This document shows, one piece after another, positions 63,138 to 64,000 of a stretch of DNA of 64,000 nucleotides. The stretch comes from Candidatus Dormibacteraceae bacterium (lineage in GTDB: Bacteria > Chloroflexota > Dormibacteria > Dormibacterales > Dormibacteraceae): assembly GCA_041497555.1 (NCBI GenBank), contig JBGQGS010000001.1:3687-67686 (forward strand), given 5' to 3'. Position 1 is the stretch's first letter. Each line of letters opens with the position of its first letter. Under the pieces are notes generated by a model, which was not told where the DNA came from, did no database searches, and saw only the letters and a list, made by a program, of their open reading frames with translations. A program made the position numbers and the translations under genes.

Positions 63138-64000
63138 GTGACCGGCGCCGCAGTTGTCGTCGGGGGCGGATTCGCCGCCCTTGAGATCGCCCTCGCGCTG
63201 AGGAGCCAGCGGCCCACCATCCCGGTCACGGTGATCAGCAGCGAAACGCAGTTGACCTACCGCCCTTGGCTGATCCGCGTCCCGGCTGGGGGTGCGCCTC
63301 CGCCGGAGATCCCCTTCGCTCGCCTCCTTGCTGCAGCACGGGTCGAAGTGATCGCAAGCACGGTTACCGGCGCTGACGTCGAGGCCCATCGTCTTGTCCT
63401 CGACTCGGGCACCGAGATCGAATATGGCCAGTTGGTGGTGGCCACCGGGACGGTCGCCGACCGTGGCCGCATCCCGGGTGCTCGTGACCATGCACTCTTT
63501 CCTTGCGACCTCGCCGACGCGACGGAATTCGCGGCTCGGGTCGCGTCGTCGAATATCCACATTGTCGTTGTCTTCGGCTGGGAACGGCCGGGACCAGGGC
63601 TCGAATACGCGGCGTGGATCGCCGCTCGTCGTCCCGGCGTCAAGGTGACCGCGATCGATGGCGATGGCACCCTGGCGCGCCGCTTCGGAGACCGGTCCAC
63701 AGCTCACGTCAGAAGGCTGTTCGAGCGGCGCGGAGCGCAGCTCATCACTGAAGGGGCGGTTGAGCGGATCGGCGAAGGAACGGTTGAAGTCGGAGGGCGC
63801 GTGATCGTCGCCGACGTGATCGCCGTGGCCGCGCCGCTTCGCGGTACCACGGCTTGGCTGCCGCCCGACCTTTTGGACGAGCGCGCTATGTTGCGCGTTG
63901 ACAACACGATGGCTGCCACTGCCGGTGTTTTTGGCATTGGCGACGTGGTCTCGGTGCCGGAAGGTTATCGTCTTCCCCCCGCACTCCGGTCGATTCAGGC
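63138..64000 (+). CDS. FAD/NAD(P)-dependent pyridine-nucleotide-disulfide-type oxidoreductase (NDH-2 / SQR-like), N-terminal part; runs off the right edge
   Basis: My own translation starts VTGAAVVVGGGFAALEIAL (GxGxxA Rossmann) and is open to position 64000. It ends with GVFGIGDV, which matches the second FAD motif. It is absent from the ORF track because it has no in-window stop. Confidence 0.75.
   Translation, partial: MTGAAVVVGGGFAALEIALALRSQRPTIPVTVISSETQLTYRPWLIRVPAGGAPPPEIPFARLLAAARVEVIASTVTGADVEAHRLVLDSGTEIEYGQLVVATGTVADRGRIPGARDHALFPCDLADATEFAARVASSNIHIVVVFGWERPGPGLEYAAWIAARRPGVKVTAIDGDGTLARRFGDRSTAHVRRLFERRGAQLITEGAVERIGEGTVEVGGRVIVADVIAVAAPLRGTTAWLPPDLLDERAMLRVDNTMAATAGVFGIGDVVSVPEGYRLPPALRSIQ

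Noticed and set aside
1-64000. Search for CRISPR arrays, transposases, integrases, toxin-antitoxin or known defence modules
   Set aside because: I saw no repeat-spacer periodicity, and no DDE, tyrosine or serine recombinase or defence-associated motifs in any frame I inspected. This is a by-eye assessment and could miss small or degenerate elements.

Overview
Visibly high-GC bacterial chromosome segment, Terrabacteria-like (Actinomycetota, Chloroflexota or a relative); I cannot assign the taxon from sequence alone. It is densely packed with mostly housekeeping and metabolic genes. Many starts are GTG or TTG, and many genes overlap by 4 nt (ATGA/GTGA), which suggests translational coupling. 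From left to right: (1) a signalling corner with a truncated multi-GAF protein and two response regulators; (2) a response regulator / M20D amidohydrolase / DUF5317-like / divergent FtsH-like operon, then a lytic transglycosylase; (3) a MerR gene and a menaquinone cluster (menF, menD, menH-like, menA, menB); (4) a MocA-like nucleotidyltransferase, nfo and a CGNR zinc-finger gene; (5) a form-II CODH-like molybdoenzyme cluster (coxS-L-M-D-E-xdhC plus divergent coxG); (6) an amidase, methyltransferase and GHL10 lipoprotein, then a cold-shock protein and an EamA transporter; (7) two inverted lipase-like paralogues flanking a DoxX-Rieske fusion, a TetR gene and an alpha/beta hydrolase; (8) a TPP riboswitch with an NCS1 (CytX-like) transporter and thiD; (9) pntAA-pntAB-pntB divergent from korAB; (10) DNA glycosylases, an APH-like kinase and an M3 peptidase; (11) an orphan GAF histidine kinase; (12) a peptide-utilisation module (histidine phosphatase, S58 and M20 peptidases, dpp-type ABC transporter, SDR); (13) a TetR gene and a truncated FAD-dependent oxidoreductase at the right edge. 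I recognised no rRNA, canonical tRNA, CRISPR array, transposase, integrase or known defence system. The most unusual signal is a pair of diverged ~175-nt intergenic elements (52963-53135 and 61987-62165, minus-strand sense). Each ends in a tRNA-Gln-like T-arm/acceptor/CCA module. The two show compensatory base changes, and they sit as direct repeats around the 9-kb peptide-utilisation module. Most long ORFs in the supplied track that overlap these genes are Arg/Pro/Gly-rich shadow frames typical of GC-rich DNA.
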